From assembly GCA_965552055.1 (NCBI GenBank), contig CBEVQO010000006.1, positions 70,394-134,393 on the forward strand: a DNA stretch of 64,000 nucleotides. The letters run 5' to 3'. The notes beneath the pieces are model-generated. The model was given only the letters and a program-made list of their open reading frames with translations, was not told the origin of the DNA and made no database searches. This document shows positions 39,340-49,499 of this stretch, piece after piece (the stretch's first letter is position 1; each line of letters opens with the position of its first letter). The translations under genes and the position numbers were made by a program. The DNA comes from an uncultured bacterium (GTDB lineage Bacteria; Hydrothermota; UBA3073; NMUJ01; CBEVQO01).

Positions 39340-39830
39340 GCCAGCTCCTTTTTAAACTTAACCAAAACAACATAATTTAAAACAAATACCCCAAAAGATA
39401 TTAAAACAGTTCTTACAAAATAATATTTTATGATTTCTGGTGCAGTCATATAAATCCAGTGGCTATATTTTGCCACATAACGCATTGTGAAAATAAACAA
39501 TGCATATCCTATGAATGGCGTTATTAATTCTTTCTTTTTATCCCAGATTAATCTTGCGATATCAAATCCTATTCCCATACAAGTAATACCTGCAAGATGA
39601 CACCAGTAAGGAGCGGTGCCCATTGCTTTAAATCCTGCGGATATTAAGCCCAGCAGTGTACCGGAAAGAGGAAATTCTTTCACATAGCCCCACAGTATTA
39701 GCATAATAGCAATTATATTGAGATAAACCGAACTGAATTTGACGCCAAAATGGTAAAGCGCTTTACCAAGAAAAAGCTCGCACAGTCCCCAGATAACACC
39801 CGCAATTAGAAACTTACCCCATTTATTCAT
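39336..39830 (-). CDS. membrane protein (possible ECF-type substrate component)
   Basis: multiple hydrophobic segments, WGLCE. Confidence 0.5.
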   Translation of the reverse strand: MNKWGKFLIAGVIWGLCELFLGKALYHFGVKFSSVYLNIIAIMLILWGYVKEFPLSGTLLGLISAGFKAMGTAPYWCHLAGITCMGIGFDIARLIWDKKKELITPFIGYALFIFTMRYVAKYSHWIYMTAPEIIKYYFVRTVLISFGVFVLNYVVLVKFKKELA

Positions 39831-40885
39831 ATCTCCCTCCCTATTTTATATACCACCTCTTTTATTTTCTTTTCCGCCTCATTTTTATCCATTTCATCTG
39901 TCTCATACACATAATCTTCTTTTATTTCACTTTTGCCACAAATTACAAAAAATCTTTTCCCATATTTATCACAGAGTGATTTTAATCTTCCTGTTATTTT
40001 ACCGTAAAAGCTTTGTTTATCAAACTTTCCTTCACCTGTTATTACAGCATCACATTCTTTTATTTTTTCCTCGATATTCCATAGTTTAAAAGCAAAATCC
40101 GTTCCATTTATTATTTCTGCATCGAAAATCATTTTAAATCCAAAAGGAAATCCACCGCACGCACCCATACCCTTCTCTTTTGATATTATAATACCATTAC
40201 TAAAAAGTAAAGCAAAATTTTTCAATCCTTCATCAAGTAATTTAACTTCTTCTTTACCGGCTCCCTTTTGTGGTGCATAAACATAAGCTGCTCCTTCTTT
40301 ACCATAAAGAGGATTATCTACATCAACAAAAATTTTAAACTTTACATTAAAATTTTTTTCAATCTCATAAGAACTTATTTTGATTAAATCTCTGCCCACT
40401 GGGAATTTTAATACTTTCCCTTCGTTGTCTTTAAATTTCACACCGAGAGCAGATAGTGCTCCTGCACCTGCATCACAGGTAGCACTGCCTCCTGCACCTA
40501 TCCACACCTCTTTTGCACCATTTTCTATCGCAGACATTATAACCTGTCCGACACCATAAGATGTAGTATTAAGGGGATTTCTCCTTTCGGGTGGGATTAG
40601 TGCTAAACCACAAACTTTTGCATATTCAATAACAGCAATTTTGTCATCAAATAAATAATAAGTTTCAAAGTCATCGAGCAGGGGATTTTTTACCTTTAAT
40701 TTTATCTCTTCAAATTTGAATTTTTCTTTTATCATTTCGATAAATCCATCCCCGCCATCCGATAAAATCGCTTTTTCAACGATAAAATTAAATTTTCTTA
40801 AACATCCTTCGATTATTTTTGCAACCTCTTTTGCTGAAAGAAATTCTTTAAAAGAAGCAGGTGCTACCAGTATCTTAAAATTCAT
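39827..40885 (-). CDS. glycerate kinase (GlxK family)
   Basis: APASFKE, SDGGDG, GGSATCD, TGEGKFD. Confidence 0.92.
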   Translation of the reverse strand: MNFKILVAPASFKEFLSAKEVAKIIEGCLRKFNFIVEKAILSDGGDGFIEMIKEKFKFEEIKLKVKNPLLDDFETYYLFDDKIAVIEYAKVCGLALIPPERRNPLNTTSYGVGQVIMSAIENGAKEVWIGAGGSATCDAGAGALSALGVKFKDNEGKVLKFPVGRDLIKISSYEIEKNFNVKFKIFVDVDNPLYGKEGAAYVYAPQKGAGKEEVKLLDEGLKNFALLFSNGIIISKEKGMGACGGFPFGFKMIFDAEIINGTDFAFKLWNIEEKIKECDAVITGEGKFDKQSFYGKITGRLKSLCDKYGKRFFVICGKSEIKEDYVYETDEMDKNEAEKKIKEVVYKIGREI

Positions 40886-41450
40886 ATTTTAGTAAGGAAA
40901 AAGTATCTTTTTCGATGATAAATTTGACTGCTCCGATATTGGGAGAAAGCCATACAAAAGAAGAATCGTCATTAAGAATTATCGTTAATTTATAGCAATT
41001 TGAATATTGATAGAACTTTCCAACAAAATCACATCTTCCTTTCAGTTTATAATCGTAGGATATGGTATCACCGAGCAAGGTAGTTATGCCTTTCACACTA
41101 TCCGACCACACAGCACCATCACACAAAGGAAGTGGACACAATTTAATCCAGCTTTTAACAATATCGTAATAATCGCCATTTATATTGCATCTATCCCATA
41201 ACAAAAAATAAATTTCTTTATCTTCTTCGCAAATATAATATTTATCAAAACCAATTTCAATGACTTTAGCATTTTTGCCCAAAATTTCTTCTTCTGATAT
41301 AACTTCAACTTTAATCGTATCTCTGTCTATTAGATAATACCATTTATTGTTTAATGAAAGCGGGAAATAATCTTTCTCGAGTTTTTTCAACAGTGTATTG
41401 GTTGAGCATGAAATTAGCAGTATAAAGGTTATTCTGTAAATTCTTCCCAT
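40875..41450 (-). CDS. hypothetical lipoprotein
   Basis: LLISC lipobox, DYFPL. Confidence 0.6.
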   Translation of the reverse strand: MGRIYRITFILLISCSTNTLLKKLEKDYFPLSLNNKWYYLIDRDTIKVEVISEEEILGKNAKVIEIGFDKYYICEEDKEIYFLLWDRCNINGDYYDIVKSWIKLCPLPLCDGAVWSDSVKGITTLLGDTISYDYKLKGRCDFVGKFYQYSNCYKLTIILNDDSSFVWLSPNIGAVKFIIEKDTFSLLKYEF

Positions 41451-41944
41451 GCAATAATTTCTTCTAATCTTTTGCGGATTTTAGGACGCTCTGGTTCGGC
41501 TGGATAACCAAGGGTAAGCAATGCCACTACTTTATATTTTTCCGGTATTTTTAGAATTTTCCTTACTTTATCCTGTTCAAATGCACCTATCCAGCATGTT
41601 CCCAATCCCTCTTCTACTGCCTGAAGTGCCATGTGCTCTACTGCGATAGCAACATCAACCGCATAAGACGGCACACCGCATCTCATTTGCCTTTCGGGAT
41701 TTAGTCCAACAGCTGCTATCACAACGGGTGCTTCTTCGACAAAATGCTGATTTAATGCCGCTTCCCTTAATTCCCTGCGCCTTTCCTTATCCCTTACTAT
41801 AACGAATTTCCATGGTTGTAAATTCCTGGCAGATGGAGCAAGCCTTGCGGCTTCCAAAATACGCATGAGCTTATCCTCTTCCACATCTTTATCAAGATAC
41901 CGTCTAACACTATATCTTCTTTTTATTGCTTCAAAAACATTCAT
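41429..41944 (-). CDS. nitroreductase family protein
   Basis: RRYSVR, APSARNLQPW, GLGTCWIG. Confidence 0.93.
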   Translation of the reverse strand: MNVFEAIKRRYSVRRYLDKDVEEDKLMRILEAARLAPSARNLQPWKFVIVRDKERRRELREAALNQHFVEEAPVVIAAVGLNPERQMRCGVPSYAVDVAIAVEHMALQAVEEGLGTCWIGAFEQDKVRKILKIPEKYKVVALLTLGYPAEPERPKIRKRLEEIIAWEEFTE

Positions 41945-43452
41945 TTTACCCTCACTATTGCAAGTGCTATATCATCATTACGCTCAACTCCTTTTGAAAA
42001 CTCATTAACATCTTCTATTATTTTTTGAGCAAGTTCCTGTGGCGGACTTCCATGGTATTTCATTATGCAATCCACCAATCTTGCTTTGCCGTAAAACTCG
42101 CCTTTTTTGTTAAGTGCCTGTGTAAGACCATCGGTGTAAAATACTATGGTATCCCCGGAATCAATCGTTATTTCTTCAAAATTTATTTTCTTAAGGAATT
42201 CTTCGTAAGGCAATATTCCGATTACTATTCCTTCGGTTGTTAAAAATCTGTATTTTCCGTTTTTCGCGCTTATGAATACAGGTGATGGCACACCACCTCG
42301 CATATACTTTATTTTACCTTCCTTTGTGTCAATCATAGCAAAGAAAAACGCTATAAAAATTTCAAAAATCGATTCCTTTTTAAGCACAGTATCTTCATAT
42401 ATCAATCTGTTTAAATTAGCCAGTATTTTATCTGGTGGCAGTCCAAGTTTTGTCAATGTCTTAAATGCACTCCTGAATTCTGCCATCAGCAAGCTCGCAG
42501 GTATACCTTTACCTATTGCATCACTTATGATAACATAAATTTTACCGTCACCTGTTTTCACAAAATCATAATAATCTCCTCCTACATGTCTCGCCGGTAA
42601 GGTTAAGCCAAAAACTTCAACATATTCATCTTCGGGAAATTCAACGGGTAACAATCCTTCCTGTATTTTTCTCGATAAATTAAGTTCGTGCATTAATTTT
42701 TCGCTCTCCGCTACTCTCTGGGCATATCTTTTTATGTAATCTTTTAAATCTTCTTTCATTTTATTCATTATCTCTGCAAATTCACCGATTTCGTCTTTAC
42801 TCTTTATTTCTATTTTGTGGTCAAGGTCACCGAGTCCTATTCTTCTGGCACTTTCTGCTAACCTCCTTATTGAAGATGTAAGCCATCTTGTTAAAAAGCC
42901 AGATGCTAACATACCGCACAGCATAATTATCAAGCCAACATAAAGTATCTTTGATATCATCGAATACACAGCATTTACAATCTTTTGAGAAGAAAAACCT
43001 ACTTCTATTTCACCAAATTCTTCTTTAAATAACGGGTCTTTTAATTTACTCTTCAAAATATAAATTTTGCGTCCTTCATATTGTCCGAAGATAATCTCAT
43101 AATTTTCTACCTGCTTGCTACTGCACATTTTCACTTTAAGATAGTCTATTTCTGTTTCAAGTAATGTTGCACCATCTTTAGTCGTTAGTTTAACAAACAA
43201 AATATCGGGATTATCACAGATTGTTTTCATCTCGTTTTGCAACCTTACAAAATTCGTAATGCTCCTTTCTTTTAAAAATCGAAGAATTGAAAATTTAAAG
43301 AACTCGGTTAATTCTCTTGAATTATTCAGGAACTCCATTTCCATTTTCTTTTTTTCAAATCTTATAAGTACTGATGTGAAAATAAAGATAACCACTGCTA
43401 TCATTCCAGCGGATGAGAGAGCCAGTTTCCATCTTATTGAAATACTTTTCAT
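41941..43452 (-). CDS. membrane HAMP + SpoIIE/PP2C phosphatase (RsbU-like)
   Basis: 2 TM, DEIGE, VGGDYYD, DAIGKG, YTDG, DDIA. Confidence 0.92.
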   Translation of the reverse strand: MKSISIRWKLALSSAGMIAVVIFIFTSVLIRFEKKKMEMEFLNNSRELTEFFKFSILRFLKERSITNFVRLQNEMKTICDNPDILFVKLTTKDGATLLETEIDYLKVKMCSSKQVENYEIIFGQYEGRKIYILKSKLKDPLFKEEFGEIEVGFSSQKIVNAVYSMISKILYVGLIIMLCGMLASGFLTRWLTSSIRRLAESARRIGLGDLDHKIEIKSKDEIGEFAEIMNKMKEDLKDYIKRYAQRVAESEKLMHELNLSRKIQEGLLPVEFPEDEYVEVFGLTLPARHVGGDYYDFVKTGDGKIYVIISDAIGKGIPASLLMAEFRSAFKTLTKLGLPPDKILANLNRLIYEDTVLKKESIFEIFIAFFFAMIDTKEGKIKYMRGGVPSPVFISAKNGKYRFLTTEGIVIGILPYEEFLKKINFEEITIDSGDTIVFYTDGLTQALNKKGEFYGKARLVDCIMKYHGSPPQELAQKIIEDVNEFSKGVERNDDIALAIVRVK

Positions 43453-44891
43453 CTCTTTATCTCATAAGCGAATATATACATGTCCTGCCTTGGCTCCCAT
43501 TTTATGCCTTTTCGAACAATATATAAAGGAGGAAAACTCAACAAAGGGATAACAGGGGATTCTTCTCGTAGTATCCTCATACAATCCTGCAGGATGCGTA
43601 ATCTTTTTAACGGGTCTATCTCAACCTCGCTTTCTTCGATTAATTTATCTAACTCTCTGTTAGAATAACCACCATCGTTAAGAGTCCCGTAATTACCCTC
43701 GGGAGTATGACAGTTCCTTGCAAGGAAGTCCCATACATCTGGTATGGTGAAAGCCCAGCCCACATAAGCAAGTTCATAATCCCTTTTTCCCAATTTTTCC
43801 CAGAACTCGTTGAAATCCGCGTAATCTAATTTCAATTTAATATTGGCTCTGCCCATTTGCCCTTTTAAAATATCGAGCCATCTTGTTAAGCCCTTTGCTG
43901 CCATCAGAGTTATCTTTAAAGTATCAATCCCTGCCTTTTTCAGCAGGATTTTTGCGGAATCAGGCATATACTTTATCTCAGGCAAACGAGGATTATAACC
44001 AGCGATGCCAGGCAACGCCAGCTGATTTGCCGATACTGCCAATCCCTTATAAATTTTTTCACTTAATTCATGGCGATCAATAGCATAAGAAATCGCTTTC
44101 CTCACTTCTTTTTTACATAAAACAGGTATTTTAAAATTGGCAACTATATAACCAATAGTAATAGCGCTTCCCCTTTTTAAATACGCTTCTTTTATCTTTC
44201 CTGCTTCTTTAGTAAATCTGCCAGAAATCCTTGCAATATCTATTTTTTTCCTTCTAAACTTATTAAGCAAATCTCCGGATGACCTTCCTGATACAAATAT
44301 TACCTTTTTAAAAAATGGCTTCTTTCCCCAGTAATCTTCAAATCTTTGAAGTATAACCACACTATCACCTTCCATTGCTGAAAGCATGTAAGGTCCTGTT
44401 CCATACAATTTGCCATTTTTCTCTTTAATTATTCTTATCGCCCTCAAATATTGCAAAAGCATAGGTGCGGGTTTTTCTGTGATTATATCCACTGTAAATG
44501 AATCTATAACTTTAACATCCTTTATCAATCTAACAAGTTCTTTTACCTGTGAACCTTTTAATGTCTTTGCTCTCATTATGCTTTTTCTTACATCCCATGC
44601 TGTCAATATATCACCACAATGGAATTTCACTCCTTTCCTTATATAAAATCGCCAGCAACAAGGATGTTTCTGCTTCCACTTATATGCTAAACACGGTAAT
44701 AACCTCATCCTTTTATCAAATTCCACAAGTGCCTCATAAATGTTATACAAAACCTGATTCACAGCAAAAAGTGAAGAACAATGAGGGTCAGTCGTACGCA
44801 AAGTGCCTCTTATCCCTATCTTTATAACATCATTTTCTTCCACCTGTTTGCAACAAAAAGTTAACAGCAGAAGTATAAAAAATCTTCTCAT
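43449..44891 (-). CDS. family 5 ABC substrate-binding lipoprotein
   Basis: lipobox, GVKFH, GTGPY, VRKAISYAIDR. Confidence 0.88.
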   Translation of the reverse strand: MRRFFILLLLTFCCKQVEENDVIKIGIRGTLRTTDPHCSSLFAVNQVLYNIYEALVEFDKRMRLLPCLAYKWKQKHPCCWRFYIRKGVKFHCGDILTAWDVRKSIMRAKTLKGSQVKELVRLIKDVKVIDSFTVDIITEKPAPMLLQYLRAIRIIKEKNGKLYGTGPYMLSAMEGDSVVILQRFEDYWGKKPFFKKVIFVSGRSSGDLLNKFRRKKIDIARISGRFTKEAGKIKEAYLKRGSAITIGYIVANFKIPVLCKKEVRKAISYAIDRHELSEKIYKGLAVSANQLALPGIAGYNPRLPEIKYMPDSAKILLKKAGIDTLKITLMAAKGLTRWLDILKGQMGRANIKLKLDYADFNEFWEKLGKRDYELAYVGWAFTIPDVWDFLARNCHTPEGNYGTLNDGGYSNRELDKLIEESEVEIDPLKRLRILQDCMRILREESPVIPLLSFPPLYIVRKGIKWEPRQDMYIFAYEIKR

Positions 44892-45766
44892 TTTTTAAAC
44901 ATTTTGTAAATCAAAGCTTTCTGCACATGCAATCTGTTTTCTGCCTGCTCATAAACAACCGAGTTTTTACCATCTATTACATCATCCGTTATCTCTTCTC
45001 CTCTATGTGCTGGTAAACAATGCATCACAATAACATTTGATTTAGCATGTTTCAACAATTCCGAATTTATTTGAAATTTTCTAAAAATCTCCCTGCGCTT
45101 CCTGGCTTCATCTTCCTGACCCATCGAATACCATACATCGGTGTAAATGACATCTGCATCTTTCGCAGCTTCTAAGGGGTCATTTATAATTATATGTTCT
45201 GTTACTTTTTTATACTTATCTTTTGGTTCATAACCTTCTGGAGTTGCTATTGTCATTTTAACGCCAAGAATTTGCGTAATCAACATGAGAGAATGGCAAA
45301 CATTATTACCATCACCGATATAAGCGAATTTTATTCCTTTAAGTCCTTTTAACTTCCAGATTGTATAAAGGTCTGTGAGTGCCTGACATGGGTGTTCGTC
45401 ATCAGATAGTGCATTTATAACGGGTATGCTTGCATTTTCTGCAAGTTCTTCAACTTTTGAATGCTCAAATACTCTTGCGATTATTAAACCTGTCCAGCGT
45501 GATAAATTGCGTGCAACATCTTTTATGGCTTCACGCTTGCCAAGCCCTATATCCTGTGGAGAAAGATAAACAGGATAACCGCCCAGATCATATAACGCCG
45601 TCTCAAAAGTTACCCTTGTGCGTAAAGAGGGCTTCTCAAAGATTAAAGCACCTACCCTGCCCTTTAAAATATTCACTCTTTTACCTTTTAATTTATCGGT
45701 AAGCTTGAAAATCTCTAAAATCTCTTTTTCGCTTAAATCACTTGCAGATAAATAATCCTTTTTCAT
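44888..45766 (-). CDS. argF: ornithine carbamoyltransferase
   Basis: SLRTR, HPCQ, SMG, HCLP. Confidence 0.95.
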   Translation of the reverse strand: MKKDYLSASDLSEKEILEIFKLTDKLKGKRVNILKGRVGALIFEKPSLRTRVTFETALYDLGGYPVYLSPQDIGLGKREAIKDVARNLSRWTGLIIARVFEHSKVEELAENASIPVINALSDDEHPCQALTDLYTIWKLKGLKGIKFAYIGDGNNVCHSLMLITQILGVKMTIATPEGYEPKDKYKKVTEHIIINDPLEAAKDADVIYTDVWYSMGQEDEARKRREIFRKFQINSELLKHAKSNVIVMHCLPAHRGEEITDDVIDGKNSVVYEQAENRLHVQKALIYKMFKK

Positions 45767-45978
45767 TTCCCCTCCTTCTTACCTGCTTCGTATCTTTCCA
45801 TAAATTTCTCCAATCTTCCGGAAGTATCCACTATTTTCCTCTTACCTGTTGAATATGGGTGACATTTTATACAAACTTCCACTGTCAGATTTTTCCTCGT
45901 TGACCTTGTTACTACTTTGTTACCGCATGCACATGTTATCGTTGTTACTTCATATTTTGGATGAATCCCCTTCTTCAT
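45763..45978 (-). CDS. rpmE: 50S ribosomal protein L31 (Zn-ribbon type)
   Basis: MKKGIHP, CACG, CIKCHP. Confidence 0.97.
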   Translation of the reverse strand: MKKGIHPKYEVTTITCACGNKVVTRSTRKNLTVEVCIKCHPYSTGKRKIVDTSGRLEKFMERYEAGKKEGK

Positions 45979-45995
45979 GACCCCTCCTTTTTTCT

Positions 45996-46022
45996 ATTTT
46001 AACTCTTTTACAAATTTGTCAA
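45996..46022 (-). promoter_or_regulatory. promoter TTGACA-N15-TAAAAT
   Basis: followed by AGGAGG RBS of rpmE. Confidence 0.65.
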
Positions 46023-48124
46023 GAAGAATATAAGCATTTTGGACAGATTAATTTTTTGCCTTTTCTTATCATAAAAGGATTACCGCACTCGGGGCACTGC
46101 ACTGCCACGGGTCTTTTTGTGATTGAGTACTTGCATCCTTCTCTATTACATGCATAAATCAGGTATTTTCCTTTTAAAAGTTTTGCCACAAGTTCGCCTC
46201 CACATTGCGGACATCTTGCACCTGTTTTTATCTCGGAAAATTCTCCACAGTTTGGACACAAAAATATATCACCGCTTTTTGTAGAAACAACCTGAATATA
46301 AGCACCGCATACAGGACACGGCAACTTCGTTTCTTTACCCAAATCATGAGAGTATTTACACTCAGGATACCTTTCACACGATAAAAATCTACCGTAGCGA
46401 CCCCATTTTATCAAAAGATTGGCTCCACAAAGAGGACACTTTAAATCTGTTTTCACTTCCAACAAACTGAGTTTATCCGCTACTTTAAATCTTTCGAAAT
46501 TTTGTTTAAATTTTTCGTAAAAGATTTTAAGCAAGGACAGAGAAGAATTTTTGCCTTCTTCTATAAGGTCGAGATTTTCTTCCATCCATCTTGTGAACCT
46601 AACATCAAATATATCCGGGAAAAAATGTAATAAAAGTTTTGATACTGCTTCGCCGAGCGCTGTTGGAACGATTTTGCCACGCTCTTTACGAACATACTTG
46701 CGATGAAAGAGCTTGCTTATTATTGTCGCATAAGTTGATGGCCTGCCTATTCCTCTCAATTCCAGCTCCTTTACAAGTGAACCCTCTGTAAACCTTTGAG
46801 GAGGAGATTCTTTTTCTTTTTTGACTATTATCTCTTCGGGAATTAAAATTTCTCCTTCTTTCAATTCAGGATATTCTTCGGGCAATATCTCGTATTCCGG
46901 TACATAAACTTTTAAAAAACCATCAAAAGATATTCTGGGAAAGGTCACTCTAAATGTTAAATCCTTTGCTTTTAATTTATAAATCTTTGTCTCATAAATT
47001 GCAGGGGTCATTTGTGATGCTACAAATCTTCTCCAGATTAAAGTATAAAGCTTAAACTGGTCTTCTGACAAATATCTGTAGAGTAGCTCCGGTGTGTAAT
47101 CGACATAAACAGGTCTTATTGCTTCATGCGCACCCTGTATCTTACCCCTTTCTTTATAAACATTTGGATGAAGTGGAAGATAACTTTTGCCATAAGTTCT
47201 CTTTATAAAATCTCTCACTTCTTTTAATGCTTTCTCCGATATTCTATAAGAATCTGTTCTCATGTAAGTTATCAAACCAATTTGTCTGCCTTCTATTTCT
47301 ACCCCTTCATATAATTCCTGTGCTATCTTCATCGTATATTGTGGTGAAAATTTTAATTTTTTGGCAGAATCTTCCTGTAATGAACTCGTAGTATAAGGAG
47401 GTAAGGGTTTTCTTTTCAAAGTTCTTTCTGAAATTTCAACGATTTTAAATTTCGCTCCTTTCAATGACTCTTTAATCATTTTTGCTTCTTCCTCTTTATG
47501 TATTAATTTTTCGGATATCGCCCAGAATGCTGTTTCTCCTTTTTTAAACTTGCATTTTATTTTATAATATGTTTTTCCCCTGAATTTTCTTATTTTTTCT
47601 TCTCTCTCACATATAAGTCGCAGTGCTACACTCTGCACTCTGCCGGCTGACAGGTCATTCTTACGGAAGACACGCCACAGCTCCGGGCTTATAAAGTAGC
47701 CCACAATCCTATCAAGGATGCGACGGGACTTCTGAGATTCTACCTTCTTCATATCAATTTCTCCTGCTTCCTCCAGAGCATTTAATATTGCTTCTTTCTC
47801 AATTTCGTATAGCAAAATTCTTTTTGCAGGTTTTGACAAAAATTGTGAAATATGATAAGCAATGGCTTCTCCTTCTCTATCCGGGTCTGTTGCTATAAAA
47901 ATTTCATCCGATTTTTCGGACAATCTTTTTATTTCTTCAATCTCTTTCTGTTTATCGGGCAATATCACATAGCGTGGTGTAAAGTTCTTTTCGATATCTA
48001 CTCCGAGTTCATTTTCCGGCAAATCCATTATATGACCCTTTGTTGCTATTACTTTAAATTCTTTACCAAGAAAACCCTGTATTGTTTTGGCTTTCCTTGG
48101 GGACTCACAGATTATCAGCTTCAT
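46019..48124 (-). CDS. topA: DNA topoisomerase I
   Basis: ICESP, DPDREGE, SAGRVQS, ITYMRTD, C-terminal Zn ribbons; start moved to MKLII. Confidence 0.96.
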   Translation of the reverse strand: MKLIICESPRKAKTIQGFLGKEFKVIATKGHIMDLPENELGVDIEKNFTPRYVILPDKQKEIEEIKRLSEKSDEIFIATDPDREGEAIAYHISQFLSKPAKRILLYEIEKEAILNALEEAGEIDMKKVESQKSRRILDRIVGYFISPELWRVFRKNDLSAGRVQSVALRLICEREEKIRKFRGKTYYKIKCKFKKGETAFWAISEKLIHKEEEAKMIKESLKGAKFKIVEISERTLKRKPLPPYTTSSLQEDSAKKLKFSPQYTMKIAQELYEGVEIEGRQIGLITYMRTDSYRISEKALKEVRDFIKRTYGKSYLPLHPNVYKERGKIQGAHEAIRPVYVDYTPELLYRYLSEDQFKLYTLIWRRFVASQMTPAIYETKIYKLKAKDLTFRVTFPRISFDGFLKVYVPEYEILPEEYPELKEGEILIPEEIIVKKEKESPPQRFTEGSLVKELELRGIGRPSTYATIISKLFHRKYVRKERGKIVPTALGEAVSKLLLHFFPDIFDVRFTRWMEENLDLIEEGKNSSLSLLKIFYEKFKQNFERFKVADKLSLLEVKTDLKCPLCGANLLIKWGRYGRFLSCERYPECKYSHDLGKETKLPCPVCGAYIQVVSTKSGDIFLCPNCGEFSEIKTGARCPQCGGELVAKLLKGKYLIYACNREGCKYSITKRPVAVQCPECGNPFMIRKGKKLICPKCLYSS

Positions 48125-48768
48125 GCCCTTGCAAGCGTAGATGCAAATATTTTGCCCGCACCATTTTGCAACAACATACGAGCACACTCAGATAAAGTAC
48201 TTCCCGTGGTTATAACATCATCTATTAACAATATACTTTTTCCTCTTATTTTTTCTCTATTTTTTACTTTAAAGGCATTTTTTACATTTTCGACTCTTTC
48301 TATCTTCGTCAAATTAGTTTGCGATTTTGTGTTCGTCCTCCTGACCAGTATTTTATTCAGTAGCTCTTTTTTAAAGTAATGGGATACTGCTTTTGCTATT
48401 ATTTCGCTTTGATTGTATCCCCTTAATCTTTTTTTCGCAGGATGTAGGGGCACAGGAATTATAAAATCAAAATTCACAAAATTATTATTTGCCATGCATT
48501 CTGCTAACAATACACCAAGTTTATATCCAAGCGACTTTTTGCCAAAATATTTCAATTGATAAATTAAATCATGTAAATTTTCGTATCTGGCAATACTAAA
48601 AACTTTCTCAATATAAGGTATATTCTCTGTAATTATGGCTTCTTTTTTTATGCCTGTAAAACAGTTTTTACAAATCACATCTTCATCTTTCAAATATCTA
48701 CCGCATCTGATACAAAACGCAGGGAATAGGAAATTTACGAACGCTTCAAATAAAGATATCGCAGACAT
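48121..48768 (-). CDS. comF: ComF family protein
   Basis: Zn finger, RGYNQS, IDDVITTGST. Confidence 0.9.
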   Translation of the reverse strand: MSAISLFEAFVNFLFPAFCIRCGRYLKDEDVICKNCFTGIKKEAIITENIPYIEKVFSIARYENLHDLIYQLKYFGKKSLGYKLGVLLAECMANNNFVNFDFIIPVPLHPAKKRLRGYNQSEIIAKAVSHYFKKELLNKILVRRTNTKSQTNLTKIERVENVKNAFKVKNREKIRGKSILLIDDVITTGSTLSECARMLLQNGAGKIFASTLARA

Positions 48769-49499
48769 ATTATACTCACTATTATTACGATTATGGATAT
48801 TATCTGTGTTTCTACGAGTGGTCCTATTCTTACCTGTTTTTCATAAAATCTCAGAAAGTCAATGGAAAAACGCCACACCCCGTATCCACCTGTAAATACG
48901 AAAAAGAGAGCACCTCGAGGAAGGTTAACGCGTTCAAGCCTCCTCAAGACAAAAAACATAAATAAACCAAATGCCGATTCATATAATTGAGTGGGATGAA
49001 TTTTCTCACCCGGAAAGTAAAAATAAGGAATACTACCTGGCGGAAATTTAACCCCAAGGAAAAACTTGGTGGGTTTACCGAAGCAACATCCGTTTAAAAA
49101 GCAACCTATACGGGTTAGACAAAGACCAAGTGCAAGAGCAGGTGCTATTATGTCCATCATCAAAGTTATAGAAATTTTTTTCTTTTTAAGATAAGCAATA
49201 GACCCAATTGTAGCCAGTATAAATCCACCGTAAAATGTGAGCCCACCCCTCCATATTGCCAGGAAGTCAAAAAACGAACGAAATTCTTTTGGATGCTCAA
49301 CAGCGTAATTTATTCTGCTACCTATAATCGCACAAATTAAAATTACAACAGCAAGGTCAGGTACTATCTGGGGATTTATACCCTGTAATCTGCATCTACG
49401 CTGAGAAAGCCATATCCCCAGTATGAATGAAATGAATAACATCACCCCCCAGCTCCTTATTTCAACAGGACCTGCAGAGAAAAGTGTAGGATACATCAC
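48735..49499 (-). CDS. lgt: prolipoprotein diacylglyceryl transferase
   Basis: WRGGLTFYGG, RIGCFLNGCC, HPTQLYE. Confidence 0.95.
   Translation of the reverse strand: MMYPTLFSAGPVEIRSWGVMLFISFILGIWLSQRRCRLQGINPQIVPDLAVVILICAIIGSRINYAVEHPKEFRSFFDFLAIWRGGLTFYGGFILATIGSIAYLKKKKISITLMMDIIAPALALGLCLTRIGCFLNGCCFGKPTKFFLGVKFPPGSIPYFYFPGEKIHPTQLYESAFGLFMFFVLRRLERVNLPRGALFFVFTGGYGVWRFSIDFLRFYEKQVRIGPLVETQIISIIVIIVSIICLRYLYLKRS

Noticed and set aside
48125..48187. Longer topA N-terminus
   Set aside because: Overlaps comF; MKLIICESP at 48124 gives an ATGA overlap
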